NCBI RefSeq assembly: GCF_902652985.1
Contig: NC_047029.1
Location: forward strand, 5,456,001-5,520,000
Reading direction: 5' to 3'
DNA length: 64,000 nt
From: Pecten maximus
Taxonomy: Eukaryota
Made by a program: the position numbers and the translations under genes. Shown in pieces: positions 1 to 11,970 of this stretch (position 1 is its first letter; each line of letters opens with the position of its first letter). The notes below the pieces were generated by a model. That model made no database searches. It was not told the DNA's origin and saw nothing but the letters and a program-made list of their open reading frames with translations.

Positions 1-1185
1 AATAAATTTATTTTAGAAGTTTTGGAAATTGTATTGAAAAGAAATGTATTTTATTTCGATAATAAATATTACCAGAAATGTAAAGGAACAGCCATGGGCA
101 CGAAGGTAGCCCCTACATATGCCACTCTGGTTCTTGGCTATCTAGAGGAAATTCTTTACAGAAATATTGAAAAAAGAGACCAAATGCAAGCAGAATATTT
201 AAGGAAGAATTTTATCAGATTTCTGGATGATTGTTTTATAATCTGGCAGTCAGATAAAGATATAGACAATTTTTTTCGGGAACTTAATATGTTATATCCT
301 GATATACAATATACCATGGAGTGTAGTTCAGTGAAACTTGCATTTCTAGATATATACGTACAAATTGAAAATGGTAAAATCGTAACTGACTTATACTGTA
401 AGACCACTGATTCACATAATTATCTTGATTTTTTCAAATCATGCTTAGCATATCAAGCTTAATATTCCATTCAGTCTAGCTTCCCGCTTGATATCGATTG
501 TCAGTGATGAAAACACTCTAAGTAAACGCTTGGAGAATTTAATCCATTATCTACGAAATCAACATTATCCGCGTGAAATTATAGACCACGGGATAGCAAG
601 AGCTAAGAAAGAGGGACCAATTCAGTTACGCACACAGGAGAAGCTAGGTTCCTGTAATATTATTCCTTTTGAAAGTACATACAACCCAAGCAATTATAAT
701 ATATTTCCTATTGTTAGAGGTAGCGAGGATTTTTTGAAAAACAGCGAAAGAATGAAATCTATACTCAATAAAAAGAAAATCATAAATTGTAAACGTCAAC
801 CAAAAAATCTTAAGCGTATCTTATGTATTCAAAATTTGATTCTGAATTAAGAGAAACATCTGTCACAAAATGTATGCAAAAGCGATGTAAAACATGCGAT
901 ATTATTATAGACTGTCAAAGTTATACATTCAAAAATGGTTTTCATTTCAAAATTAAAACTGATATGAATTGTACTTCAAAAAATGTTATATATGCTCTAA
1001 TATGCAGTAAATGTTCAGATTTTTATATTGGTCAGACTGGCATGGAATTACGAAAACGTATTACCTTACACCGCCAGCAAACAAGAACGGAACACTCTGA
1101 TGTATTACAAAGAGAGAATAAAGAAATGTTTTGCATTCAGCTAGTGAAGCCAATGTTAAATTCTGAACGTGATAGGACAAAATAA
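1..1185 (+). pseudogene. Frameshifted Penelope RT / GIY-YIG endonuclease ORF
   Basis: One protein split over ORFs 22-462, 488-850 and 823-1185, with frameshifts near 430-470 and 825. The GIY-YIG C-terminus looks internally deleted near 1095. Confidence 0.88.
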
Positions 1186-1637
1186 ATTATGTATACAATA
1201 GATTTCTCAGTAACTTACCGAATGTACATGTACATGTATACATGTATATTATCTTGCACATTTTGTATGTACTGTTTTTATGTACAAATATGAAACTTAT
1301 GTTTTATAGTGTTTACTAACACAATTACCTATTGAAAGTTTACATTATTTCAAGTTACCGCATCTATTTTACATGTACTATACGGCAAAATCTTTGTATA
1401 CCATGACTAGTTTTAATTTGAGTACGGAGTACAGATCTATAGATTTGTTGTATAGATCTATACGATGTAATTGCTCCAATCAAGTTTTTAATGGATCGGT
1501 TTGTTTAAACCGTATCATATAGTTGGTCTCAACCCTTGTAAACTGGACAAATACGTGTTTTATAAATTATGTGCCCTACTATTATGACGTCATCAAACTA
1601 TGACGTCATAAAATGATGTACCGAATAAATTTCATAA

Positions 1638-1680
1638 TCCCCTGAAGAGCGGCACAATGTAGCCGCGAAAGTACTAGGGA
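1638..1680 (+). ncRNA. Minimal type I hammerhead ribozyme of the Penelope pseudo-LTR
   Basis: tccc-CTGAAGA-gcggc(acaatgta)gccgc-GAAA-gtac-TA-ggga. Stem I tccc/ggga, stem II 5 bp, palindromic AGTACT stem III, CUA triplet; predicted cut between 1676 and 1677. Confidence 0.9.
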
Positions 1681-2719
1681 GACAGCAGATCTGTGTTTGA
1701 CTTTTTATTTTATTATTATTTACCGTCACATGGACATTTCAACTTTATTCTATATATATATATAAACATGTATATTGACCACATTCCGATTTGAAACCAT
1801 TGACCGGAGCAAATCGCAAAGAGGAGGTTTTTATGCAGGCGTCTGTATCGTTAATACCAAATACAGTTTTAATTATTTTTAGACTTTCCCCCTGAACATT
1901 TCTGTCATGTGCGATGTATCTTTTTTATTCTTAATGACTGTAATGGCTGAATTACATTACAAAAATGAATTGCGTGATCATTAGTCGATTTTGTATTTGT
2001 AAGAGGTATGCTACTTCAAAGCCTAATTAAGCTACTACATAGTATCAGCATTCCATTATGCAAATACCAATAATTACACCGTTTGTTACAGAGACAAAAA
2101 TCGTCCCGTCTTTCCTTTGGGATTTGACTACAGAAACTAGTCCGTTACTTTATATGGATAATTCGAAATGCTAATGTTTAATCGTATTTACACTAAGACA
2201 AATTAAACCGTTACTCGAGGATTACAGATAATGGAATACATTTCAGCATCCTTCATATTTCGTTATGCTAACTAGTGATTCCTGTGATATTGGAGACAAA
2301 ATTTGACCTTGCTAGAGTTTTAATGATTTAATGATTTACCAATCATCACTGCAAAATAGAAGCTACCAAGCTTGCTTTGAAACACGTTGCCAACATCAAG
2401 AACAGTTGGATAATGACGTGCAGGGGAAAAAATTTCTAACTGAATATCGATAAAACGAGAATGGATTTTGAGCAAAATTTAAATTTAAATAGAGAGGTTT
2501 AAAAACGTTCAAGGAGGATAAAACCAGCTGATAGTTCATCAAACTTGTATGCTAAAATGTATCTACAAGCCCATATATCGCTAATCGCGCCAAATTTAAC
2601 AGAAACACGTAATCACTTCTTAGTATGCATCATACATTATCGCAGACCTTGCTTTTCTCAAGTAATTTGCTCTTCGAAAAAAATGCATATTTCAAAAGAA
2701 CATAATTAGCTCGTAAGGA

Positions 2720-3290
2720 TAATTTTTATTGCACAAAACAATCATGCCGTTATGGTTACACGTGTCTATAGCACGCAATTTGGATATTTGAGTGCAGGGA
2801 TATGACTTTGAAAACGTACACATTGATTATATTTTGAACATTAAATGTAAATGTTGGCAGTGGAAAATATTACACAAATATGGTTTATATAGATATAATT
2901 CAATTATCAAAATTGCTCCTGCTGGGTAATATTAAAAGTTCTCAAAATAATAAGAATATTATTATCTAGACAAGATGGTAAACTGTGCAGCATTGAACCT
3001 TGTTCATAAATCTGCACATTGTATCTAAATCTCAATGGTTTAACTAGTTTATCTGAATATGATATGTTTGCTAAGTTCGAAATACTATGTGATAAGAATA
3101 TTTTTGAATGATTGAAAATGTCTTCCTGTGTGGTTTATGTGTGATTGTCACAACCGCCATTTATTTTTCAAAGTCAAAACTTATTCAATTTGTACGTTTT
3201 TATAGTCATAGTTGGTCAAACACCTATTATATGCTATAGATACTTGTGAGCGAAACGGCATGGTTGTTTTGTGAAACTTAAAATCTGAAA
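2720..3290. repeat. Long imperfect inverted repeat (old foldback/MITE-like element) centred near 3000
   Basis: cacaaaacaatcatgccgtt (~2732) pairs with aacggcatggttgttttgtg (~3254); aaaacgtaca with tgtacgtttt; tgtgcag with ctgcaca at the centre. Confidence 0.65.
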
Positions 3291-6200
3291 AGTAGTTTTT
3301 TCTGTTACAAAGGTTGCTAATGCGGTAACAGAAAATTGTCAATAATGATCACTTTTTCTATATAAAAATACTAATTTATACCGATTTTACATCTGTGATC
3401 TAAAAACGTACGTGCGAACACACAGAAACCAGTTTAATATCGCCCACACACGGGTTTCAAGCGGGATAATGAGAATGTCAATAATATTTTTTAGATTCAT
3501 TATTTGTACTTCAAAGCATGGCGTCTTCCTCGTCATGCCAGAACACGTGAAAACAAAAAAGTCGGCAAAGCTTTGTTGTAGCACGTAGCCTGTTGTCATT
3601 ATTTTGATGTTAAACCTTGTTAAAAGGTACGTATTAAATCTATCATAAATGCTCGCTGTCAGCCAACCCCAAATTCCCATATTTACTTTTAACATTTTGG
3701 GAACAGTCATGTTGTAATTAGTGCAAAAGGAAATTTGAATTAGGCTTCTATCGCAGCATTTCCCCTAAAAGTATTTTTTTTAAACTGCCTTACTCTGATT
3801 TTACGTATACATGTATATCAAAATGAATTGGTAAACCATTCGGTTTAAAGTAAGTTCTTTGAAATTCAACCTTATGTAGGAACATGCAACTTCAGTAGAG
3901 CTGAACGACTAGAGGAAGTCGTCCTCTCGCGCCTACGCATATGCCATACCTACGTTACACGCACGTGTTACAACATGAGTATCAAACTTATTGTCATGAT
4001 TTGCAGTCGCATAAATCATGATAGATTGTACATATTTAAAACAACAATACGTGCTTTATTTTAAAACTTTGATGCAGTTTCTTTGTCATTAATATTTATC
4101 TACATTTCCCCTTACCCTGAAGTATTATTGTTGCCAATTAATTCGTTTACAATGATGCTGATTAGACTTTCAATCATTAGGTTTAAGGCTCAGTTGGTGT
4201 ATCTTTTTTTACCTCCTTTTCATGGAAATATCGCGGCACACTATACAGGTTACCGAGATGGATATTTAGTATTGAAATCATAAAATTTAAGACAAAAGCG
4301 CAAGTAACCATGTTTATAAACTGTCCCTTTTAACTTTGTGAAAAGCCCATAGGATGTTGATGAAGGTAATGCCCTTGCTTTATTCGTAAAAAAAGGATTT
4401 TTATTTCTTTAATTGTCTTCTTTCATAAACAATTTCTTCCAAATTTCTTTCTCCACACTGCCACTGTTTTAGTGATAGTATTCAATTTTCGTAATATCAT
4501 CCAAGATTCAGATATTGCCCGACTGCCCACGGCCATTCCCGGCTTCCCTTCAAGGCTTAACTACCGTGCATGACTTAAGAGTTCCAGAAGGACAATAAAG
4601 ACGTTTAATGCAGTTTTGTTAATTATTCGGCATATACTTATCTATATCATATTCATAACAAACGATAATCCAACGACTTTTAATAATCAAAGAAAAGACA
4701 TGTGCATGCGAATGTTTCTTTTGTGCCGTGTATGTTGAGTAAAAGATTGATACTTGCCGAAACAACATACAGCAGTAATGGTTCTTTTAGAATAACGTTT
4801 TTGGTTGAAATTTCGCCTGAAAATGATAATTTAAAAATCCGTTGTGAGATTTTGCTCAAGTAAGCATTGTTAGTACTGATCTTAAGCGTGACATATTTGA
4901 CAACGACAAACATTAATTGACGCAATTAATTATATATACTGAAATTACCAGACGCACCACAGTTCTAAACTCCTTGTTTTATTCTCTTAATGTCTCATTC
5001 AAACTCAAGTATGGATGATTTTTGTTATCATCAAACTTGTTGTGCAGACGACGATTGATAGATTTTAAAGTTGAAACTACAGTGGATTGACAAGAACATA
5101 TTATATGTAGGTTTATTGTGTCACTCTTTTTAAAATGATATACATGAAATGCAGTCTGATGAAAATGTATAGAAAATATTTATACCGAATATTCTCCTGA
5201 CTGCACTCCAATACCAACATTCTTCAATATTTTTTTTTTCTAAATCTGACAAATACGTAGTGTTGAAACCCTTGAAAATTAGAGGATTTAGGTCAGCATG
5301 TTTGCTTGGTTGGTTCGTCTGTTGTCAGTTTGATTTAACAGGGTATGTTTTCATACTTTTGTGTCAATTTAAGGAATGGAATTTCAATGCGATTGCGCTA
5401 CAAAAGAGGCGATCATTACATTAGGCTTTATTTAGATTGGAGATGTTCGAACGTGTTTATGTATATCTAAAGATGTGGACGTATATGTACAAGTATGCCA
5501 TTACTACCATTAGGAATGTTACAGCATGATTGCTGTAACAGCATGATTGCGAGGAAGACGTCATGTCGAGCTCTTATCCGCTGTGAGTGTCTCTCTGCCC
5601 TTAAATAGCCTTGAGACAAAGAAAAACATGTGGATTCTTCCTGGCATTCTTTGACATGCAATATATTTTCCTGGTACAAATTAGCACTTGAAACACTGAT
5701 CCGCCTGGAAGCGCTATGTCACCGATTTGTACATGATACATGTTTGCATAATTCGATCCCTTTAATCTCCAAATTGTATGTTCCAAATACTTCACATACT
5801 GTAGTATGTAAATTGGTTGTACGCAATAAGGGGGTGAGTTATGAACATGGTTTAAAGAATTGGCGTTATTGGAAAATCTGGAACGTTTCCCCGCCCAAAT
5901 GCTATGCTGTACACAGATGAGCAACGTTACATAACCTAATATGATCAATAGAACACTTGAGGCATGAGACTTAACACAATAATGATATTTCACCCGAAGA
6001 ATCTAGGTATGTTATTTCCTCGTACAAATGTCTAACCAGAACTAAGAGAATATCTTGTACCAAAAATGGCCATACACATCCGTCTTTAAATGCAAAACTT
6101 ACAAGTATACTTGTTTACGGATCCTATTCTTTTGCAGCATACATATTAGAATGAAATCGAGTTGAAGTTTACAAGATGTATATTAAGTATACTTCCTTAT

Positions 6201-7929
6201 AAGTGTAAGTTAGAAGCATCACACACTTATCATCCTCCCTGTTGATACAAACTATGTTGGAAAGTTTTTCTCTTAATATGAAATACTACATGTATCTGAT
6301 ACAAATACCAGCTTCGATCGATCAATCGAAAACAGGTATACGCAAATCTCCTATACGTAAAGATATAGGAAGCTGTTTGAACGATGGACGGTAGATTTTG
6401 CCGCAAAATACTTGCTTAATAAACGGAAAAAGTTAGCCACAGCGGTATCATCGAGAAAGGATTACTGCAATACTGCTTTCTGCATAAATCTGGATGAGGT
6501 ATTATTCTACGGCATTTCAGTATTACATTATGCTTTATGAATTAGATTGGCCCAACTGTTGACAAGGTCTTTTTATACCTTTAGAAGCTGTTGGTACATA
6601 TCTACTATGAAATTGTATTGTTTTTCGATTAAAAAAAACAACAATCGATAACGATATAATGACGAAACCATAATTTAAACTCAAAATTGATCAAACGAGA
6701 GAAAATTATAAACAAAACATAGATTTGCACGGAGACTCCTAAAAAGTACAGGGATAATAACACCAGGTGTTCCGAGAGAGTAAGCGTCATTTATCTGACT
6801 TCAAATAAGATTGTATTGTTGACTATACAACTTCCTGTACCTCACGAATCTTTGTGTTGTTAAATTCTCCTTCAGTAGTTGATATTTGTCACGGAAATCG
6901 TAATAATGGCAACAAGCCATTGAATATTCAATCAACTATGGCATGTGAACACAGTTGGTAGGTAATACATGGATACTGCTGCACGCTTATCATACACTTA
7001 ATTCTGGATGTGAACGGTCTACAAATACGATATCTTGAACAGCCTTGAATATATTGCTAACACATGTTACATCATGCAAAATATCACTTTAACGGGAGGA
7101 GGTTTTAGTCTTCCAATGACTGGCTTTTTCGAGGAAGTTGCAAATGAAGGAGAGGTCTAATGATGTTGATAGCGACGAAGAGATTATGCAAGATATATTG
7201 TACGTAATGTCTTGCTTCTAGAGATACAAAATGTACCATTGAACCACATGCAAGAAAGTCTCATTTAATTGATATCATCACGATATGGTTCATCGTTTCT
7301 TAATGAGTCTTTTGTTCAATAGGAATAGACTCAACATTGACACATTAGTGTCCAAGTTAAAGTATTGATGTGGACGTGAAACTACAAATGTTGATTGGTG
7401 TCTTTGAAGAACACAAGTCATTATTTCTCTTGTGCGTCATTAAGCGTAGGTGACATCAAACATAATTCTTCTAACCTATCACGCCATCTCATCGGACTGG
7501 TGAATGTGTCTCTCACAAATGATAGGTTCTAAAACCCCTCACAGGGGGCATCTTACGATTACCTATATCCGGCTTAGTGTCTGGTGTGGAACACAAAAAC
7601 CTCCCATGACGATATATGCGTAACTGATATGTATAAGGTCTACGAGAGTGCATTATGCAATTAATACAAATTATTAATGTATTGGTCCTTTAACGCGCTG
7701 GCTCTTTACAAATAGTGTTACAATCTAAAGTTGATATATCATCCACCAGGAGCTTAAGGTAAAAACAGAGCAGCTTGAAACGGGAATCCTACCATTATGA
7801 CGGTACCATGTGAACTATTTTAAATACTGTTGGTGCAGTCTTACAGCTAGGCGCCGTCAACTGCACCTTTGATCATACCAAAGTCGTGATCAGAGCTAGG
7901 ACTGGAAGCTAACATCAACAATTAATTTT

Positions 7930-8100
7930 TTTTTCTGATGTCTCCCTCGACGCTGGCTCACTTTTGGCCTTTAGTTGACTGTTCGCCCCTGTGAGGCAGG
8001 CTATCGGTTGTGTCCCTACAGCGAGATAATCTAAAAGTCTATAAACAAACCAGACTTTAAAAACTGGAATTTGTTTTTCTCAGTTTGACGTTCAACTTTA
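7930..8100 (+). mobile_element. Diverged fragment of the long (Meta-domain-like) SINE family: leader end and tRNA-like head
   Basis: atgtctccct...ctcacttttggcctttagttga.tgttcgcccctgtgagg matches the reverse complement of 22990-23090. Confidence 0.65.
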
Positions 8101-9894
8101 AAGTTGTGTTTTTTTTTCTTTTTTATTATACAAAGATTTTATATATTTTTAATAAGCCGGCTGCTTTCGATACATTAATCTCTGAGCCATAGATCACACC
8201 GTATTATGAAGCTGTGATAGACCCTTCAGTTACAAGCATACCAAACCGCAACTACAGACATACATCGGTAAGTAAAATATGTTTGTTTGTATTCTGCAGG
8301 AATATGGGGGATATTCAACTGAATGGTAATAACACTAGGCCCCTGCAGAATCGGAAAGTTTATTTTAGTCATGTGGCATTGATGAGTTGTATCTGCTGTT
8401 GAAATCGCAACACGTTGGCCTCTCTAGGACTGTCAACATTGGTTTTATTGCACCTTTGACTAAATACATTTAAGTCATCCCTTGACTTGATATCTTGGCT
8501 CAATGGCAATATTAAAGATATTTCATTCTTTTATCTGTTCTTTCTGTCCGTGTTTTGTATTTTTCTACATGTTTCTTCTTCTTTCCCGTCTTTTTTAACA
8601 CTGACTGTTGCAAAGATTTTAAAATAGAGCAATAAATCATTTTCCCGATCACTTAAATTGATTCCAAGGCAAAATAACATGATGTCGCACATTCACGTGA
8701 AAGACAATGCTTCATCTGCTGCAATAACCAGCAATTGTAACATTGTAGATTTTGTGTTGAGTTTTCCATTAAATAATAAAAGCAAAATATATTGTGTATG
8801 TTTTATGAAACTCGCTCACGCTCAATTCACATATATCACAATGTACATGCGGATTGTGTTCACTGTTTGAAAGTTAAAGGATATGACTGACGGATAGCGA
8901 GATATACTTGTTTATATGCGTCTCAAGAACAACAGAGAATAATGAAATCTTGATTCAAATTCGTTTTTCACATCGCATCATAAGTAAAGTTTGGGATCAA
9001 CGTATGATATGGAGAGATGGGTGGATATATTCAGTATAATGAGACTCAAAATCACATGTCATTAAATAAACCTGGGGACATGATCAGTAGTCACGTGATA
9101 CCAGTACGGTGTGACAGGTGGTACGCAAGGCCTTGTACAACATATACGAATTAGTAGGGACGCTGACTTTCCTCTGCCTACACATGGGTAAAGGTCAATA
9201 CTGATACCATGTAAACATGGCTTAACTTACATCTTACTGGATAAAACGTGATACAACAGGCAGATCAGCATGTTTACAGGGCATATACACGGCGATATCA
9301 CTGTTACAATTGTTTTAACCTACGCATGTCTCTAGAAAATGCAGTAATAATACTTATAACGACTAAAATACCAAATCGATGAAAATGTAAAGACCTCAAC
9401 AATACAGAGTGAATATAGACATTTCCTCCGAGTGTTGAATCCCGTTTGTAGAGATACCTACTGGGAATGTATTTTTCTCTATATCTAATGTAATGCGTGT
9501 GGAACAGGCACCGACAACGGGCGACAATAGCTGTATGTGTTTATACCTACTGTGCATGTAATTTTTGGGAAGGTAAGTGCCAGGATATATAAAACGCAAA
9601 CCTTTCACAGACGCCTACTTAGCTCGTTCTGGTACGTTGTACGTACATATATGCTTCTATTTGTGTATTTATGAATACAGTCTTATATTCTTTGACATTA
9701 TTGATAAACTAAATGTCTGCTCTTAAAGCTCAAAGTGAAAACTAATTAAGAGGTACAAGTCTGTGTACAATCTCACTTGATATTATAAACGTAATGACTG
9801 ATCTGGGAAAATTAACCGACTTCTGTATTTTACCAGAGGAATGTCTGTTTTGTATGGTGGCTGATTAACGATGTACACATCTTTCTTTTCTATG

Positions 9895-10515
9895 CTAGCT
9901 TACTAACCAAGGGCCCTACCTTTGTTATATTCGGGCCTTATCTTAGTAACTCAGGGCTCTAACTTTGCTATCGGGGGCCTAAACTTTGTAATTCAAGGCC
10001 CTTACACATCTTACTTAGGGCCAAACTTTGTAGCCTATTACCCTAACATAGCTACCTTAGGACCAAACTTAGTAGCCTATGACCCTTACATAGCTACCTT
10101 AGGACCAAACTTAGTAACCTATTGTCTTAACATAGCTAACCTAGGACCAAACTTAGTAATCTAAGGCACTAACATAGCTATCTTAGGACCAAACTTAGTA
10201 GCCTATGGCCCTAACATGGCTAATTAAGGGCATTACTTTGTAGCATATGGCCCTAGCTTTGATATCTTAAGGATCTGACTTAGTAGGTTAAGAACCTAGT
10301 TTACTATGTGATGTTCCTATGCTAGAACCAAAGGTTACTATGTTGGTGCCCTAAGATACATGTACTTATGCTAGGGCTCTAGGATGCTAAGTTTTTGCCC
10401 TAATATACATATGCAACTATGTAAGGGCCCTAGGTTACCAAGTTTGGGCCCAACGATACCTATTGCACAGAATAACTATGTTATGGCCCTCGATTACTAA
10501 GTTTGGGCCCTAACA
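9895..10515. repeat. Degenerate 21/42-bp tandem array that switches orientation near 10290
   Basis: Forward units ttaggaccaaacttagtagcctatgacccttacatagctacc; later units such as gattactaagtttgggccctaa are their reverse complement. Confidence 0.75.
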
Positions 10516-10544
10516 TTAATAGAATAGTTCACCACCTGCGGTAG

Positions 10545-10692
10545 AGACAGGGGAATCTCAACCCGAGGGGAAGATTCTTAAGTTAGTACCTTAATTAGCT
10601 TAATTACCTTACCCCGAGGCTATCTGCTTGTCTTTTCCCTAGGGTGAGATAAGAACATTTCACCCCGGTAAAACTGCGGATATCCCTGTCCA
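10545..10692. mobile_element. Small palindromic MITE-like element
   Basis: gacaggggaatc...gatatccctgtc and atctcaacccgaggggaaga...tcttttccctagggtgagat are nested inverted repeats. Confidence 0.45.
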
Positions 10693-11273
10693 GGGTAAGA
10701 GAAATATGTATCTGTTTTAGCGCCCTAAGATTGCATGGAAACAATATTATTAATCAGTCACCGAAGCTTGTAGGGTTTAAGACGCGTACACATTATGTAT
10801 AAGTCTGAATGTTTTATGAACGGTATGACTGTTGTTTATTTATGCAGCAAAAACGTTTTAAAAATAAATTTTTCGTCAGATTGTGGAAGTTTTTTTTATG
10901 ACATATGACATACATGTCCACCGGAAAAAATCGTTAACATGAGTTTGGTGAGGATGTTGTCACGTGTTCTATCGAAATTAACACCGCAATAAACCTTGTT
11001 AGCGTGAGTTTGGTAGTACTGTGGTTTTCCGATTCTCCGACGGCGTCATCTCATTCTTCCATTTTCGAATTATCTACATGTTTATGGAATCATAGTTTCT
11101 ATAAACCACTATCAGAGCGGGAAAAGCTTATATCTTCTGTATCTTAAAGCATTTCATCAGAGGCAAATAATTGAGCACACCTCAACCCCCGCCTACCTAT
11201 GCAGGATTGGTGTAGTATTTTAAATGTCTTCTGTTTTAAAACCATTACAGAACATAACAATGAGGTCTAAAAC

Positions 11274-11274
<1 letters not shown>

Positions 11275-11310
<36 letters not shown>
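11275..11310. repeat. (GTT)12 microsatellite
   Basis: Direct reading. Confidence 0.95.
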
Positions 11311-11311
<1 letters not shown>

Positions 11312-11613
11312 TTGTTTTTGTACAAATGTATGTGTCCTACTTGACCTCGTCCTTGAATGGCCGCTGCTGTTAAGAGGATGTTCAACCTCAACCCAGCAAA
11401 TGTTCTCCGTATTGATGGCTATTGGAATACACATATCATTATATTTAGAGTGGTAAGCGTAAAAATACGATTTAAAATGAATTGTTTTGTCGGCCTAAAA
11501 CCTTCATCGTAATACAATGATACGCCAGCTGTTAGCTGATATAACCAATAAGTAACGTTTGCAATTGATTTAAATACATATAAAATGTATCTTTCAGGTT
11601 TAAAAACACCACA

Positions 11614-11970
11614 ATGACGACGACAGATTTCGAGCATTTGCCAATCACCTTCCAACTCCCGAACACCACGACGTCACCTGGCGCGGAAGGCAACCTGACG
11701 GAACCTGGAGAGGAGCTTACCGCGGACAGCATCATAGTTCCGGTGATCTGGGCGCTTCTGGTGATTATTGGGACAATAGGCAATGGGATAGTGATTTATA
11801 TACTGAGCAGGTATGGCGAACGGACTGTGACTAATATATATGTCGTCAATCTAGCCTTCTCCGACCTTACCTTCATCGTGATAGTACTACCAATCACGGC
11901 CATACACTTTGTTATACCCACGTACATGTTCGGAGAGGTGGTGTGCCGGATCAGTATCTACCTGATATAC
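11614..11970 (+). CDS. Neuropeptide GPCR, kisspeptin-receptor/GPR54-like (galanin/allatostatin-A receptor group); first coding exon (N-terminus, TM1, TM2, start of TM3). Exon probably starts at 11598 after ctttcag
   Basis: N-glycosylation sequons NTT/NLT, TM1 GTIGN, TM2 NLAFSD, ECL1 YMFGEVVC. 119 whole codons followed by a gtaagt donor (phase 0). Confidence 0.92.

Larger units (their letters stand above)
1..1765 (+). mobile_element. Penelope-like retroelement (probably Neptune-type), cut by the window edge at its 5' side and decayed; includes 3' pseudo-LTR region ending in (TA)n
   Basis: Consecutive ORFs give PLE RT motifs (GTAMGTKVAPTYA, RFLDD, FLDI, DLYCKTTDSHNYL), a Cys-rich linker (CMQKRCKTC) and a GIY-YIG domain (NVIYALIC..C...YIGQT...RKRI..H). 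A hammerhead motif follows. Confidence 0.92.

Noticed and set aside
8161-9640. Candidate 5' non-coding exons/promoter of the GPCR (gtaagt at 8268 and 9573; TATA-like near 9586)
   Set aside because: Several equally weak candidates; cannot choose without transcript data.
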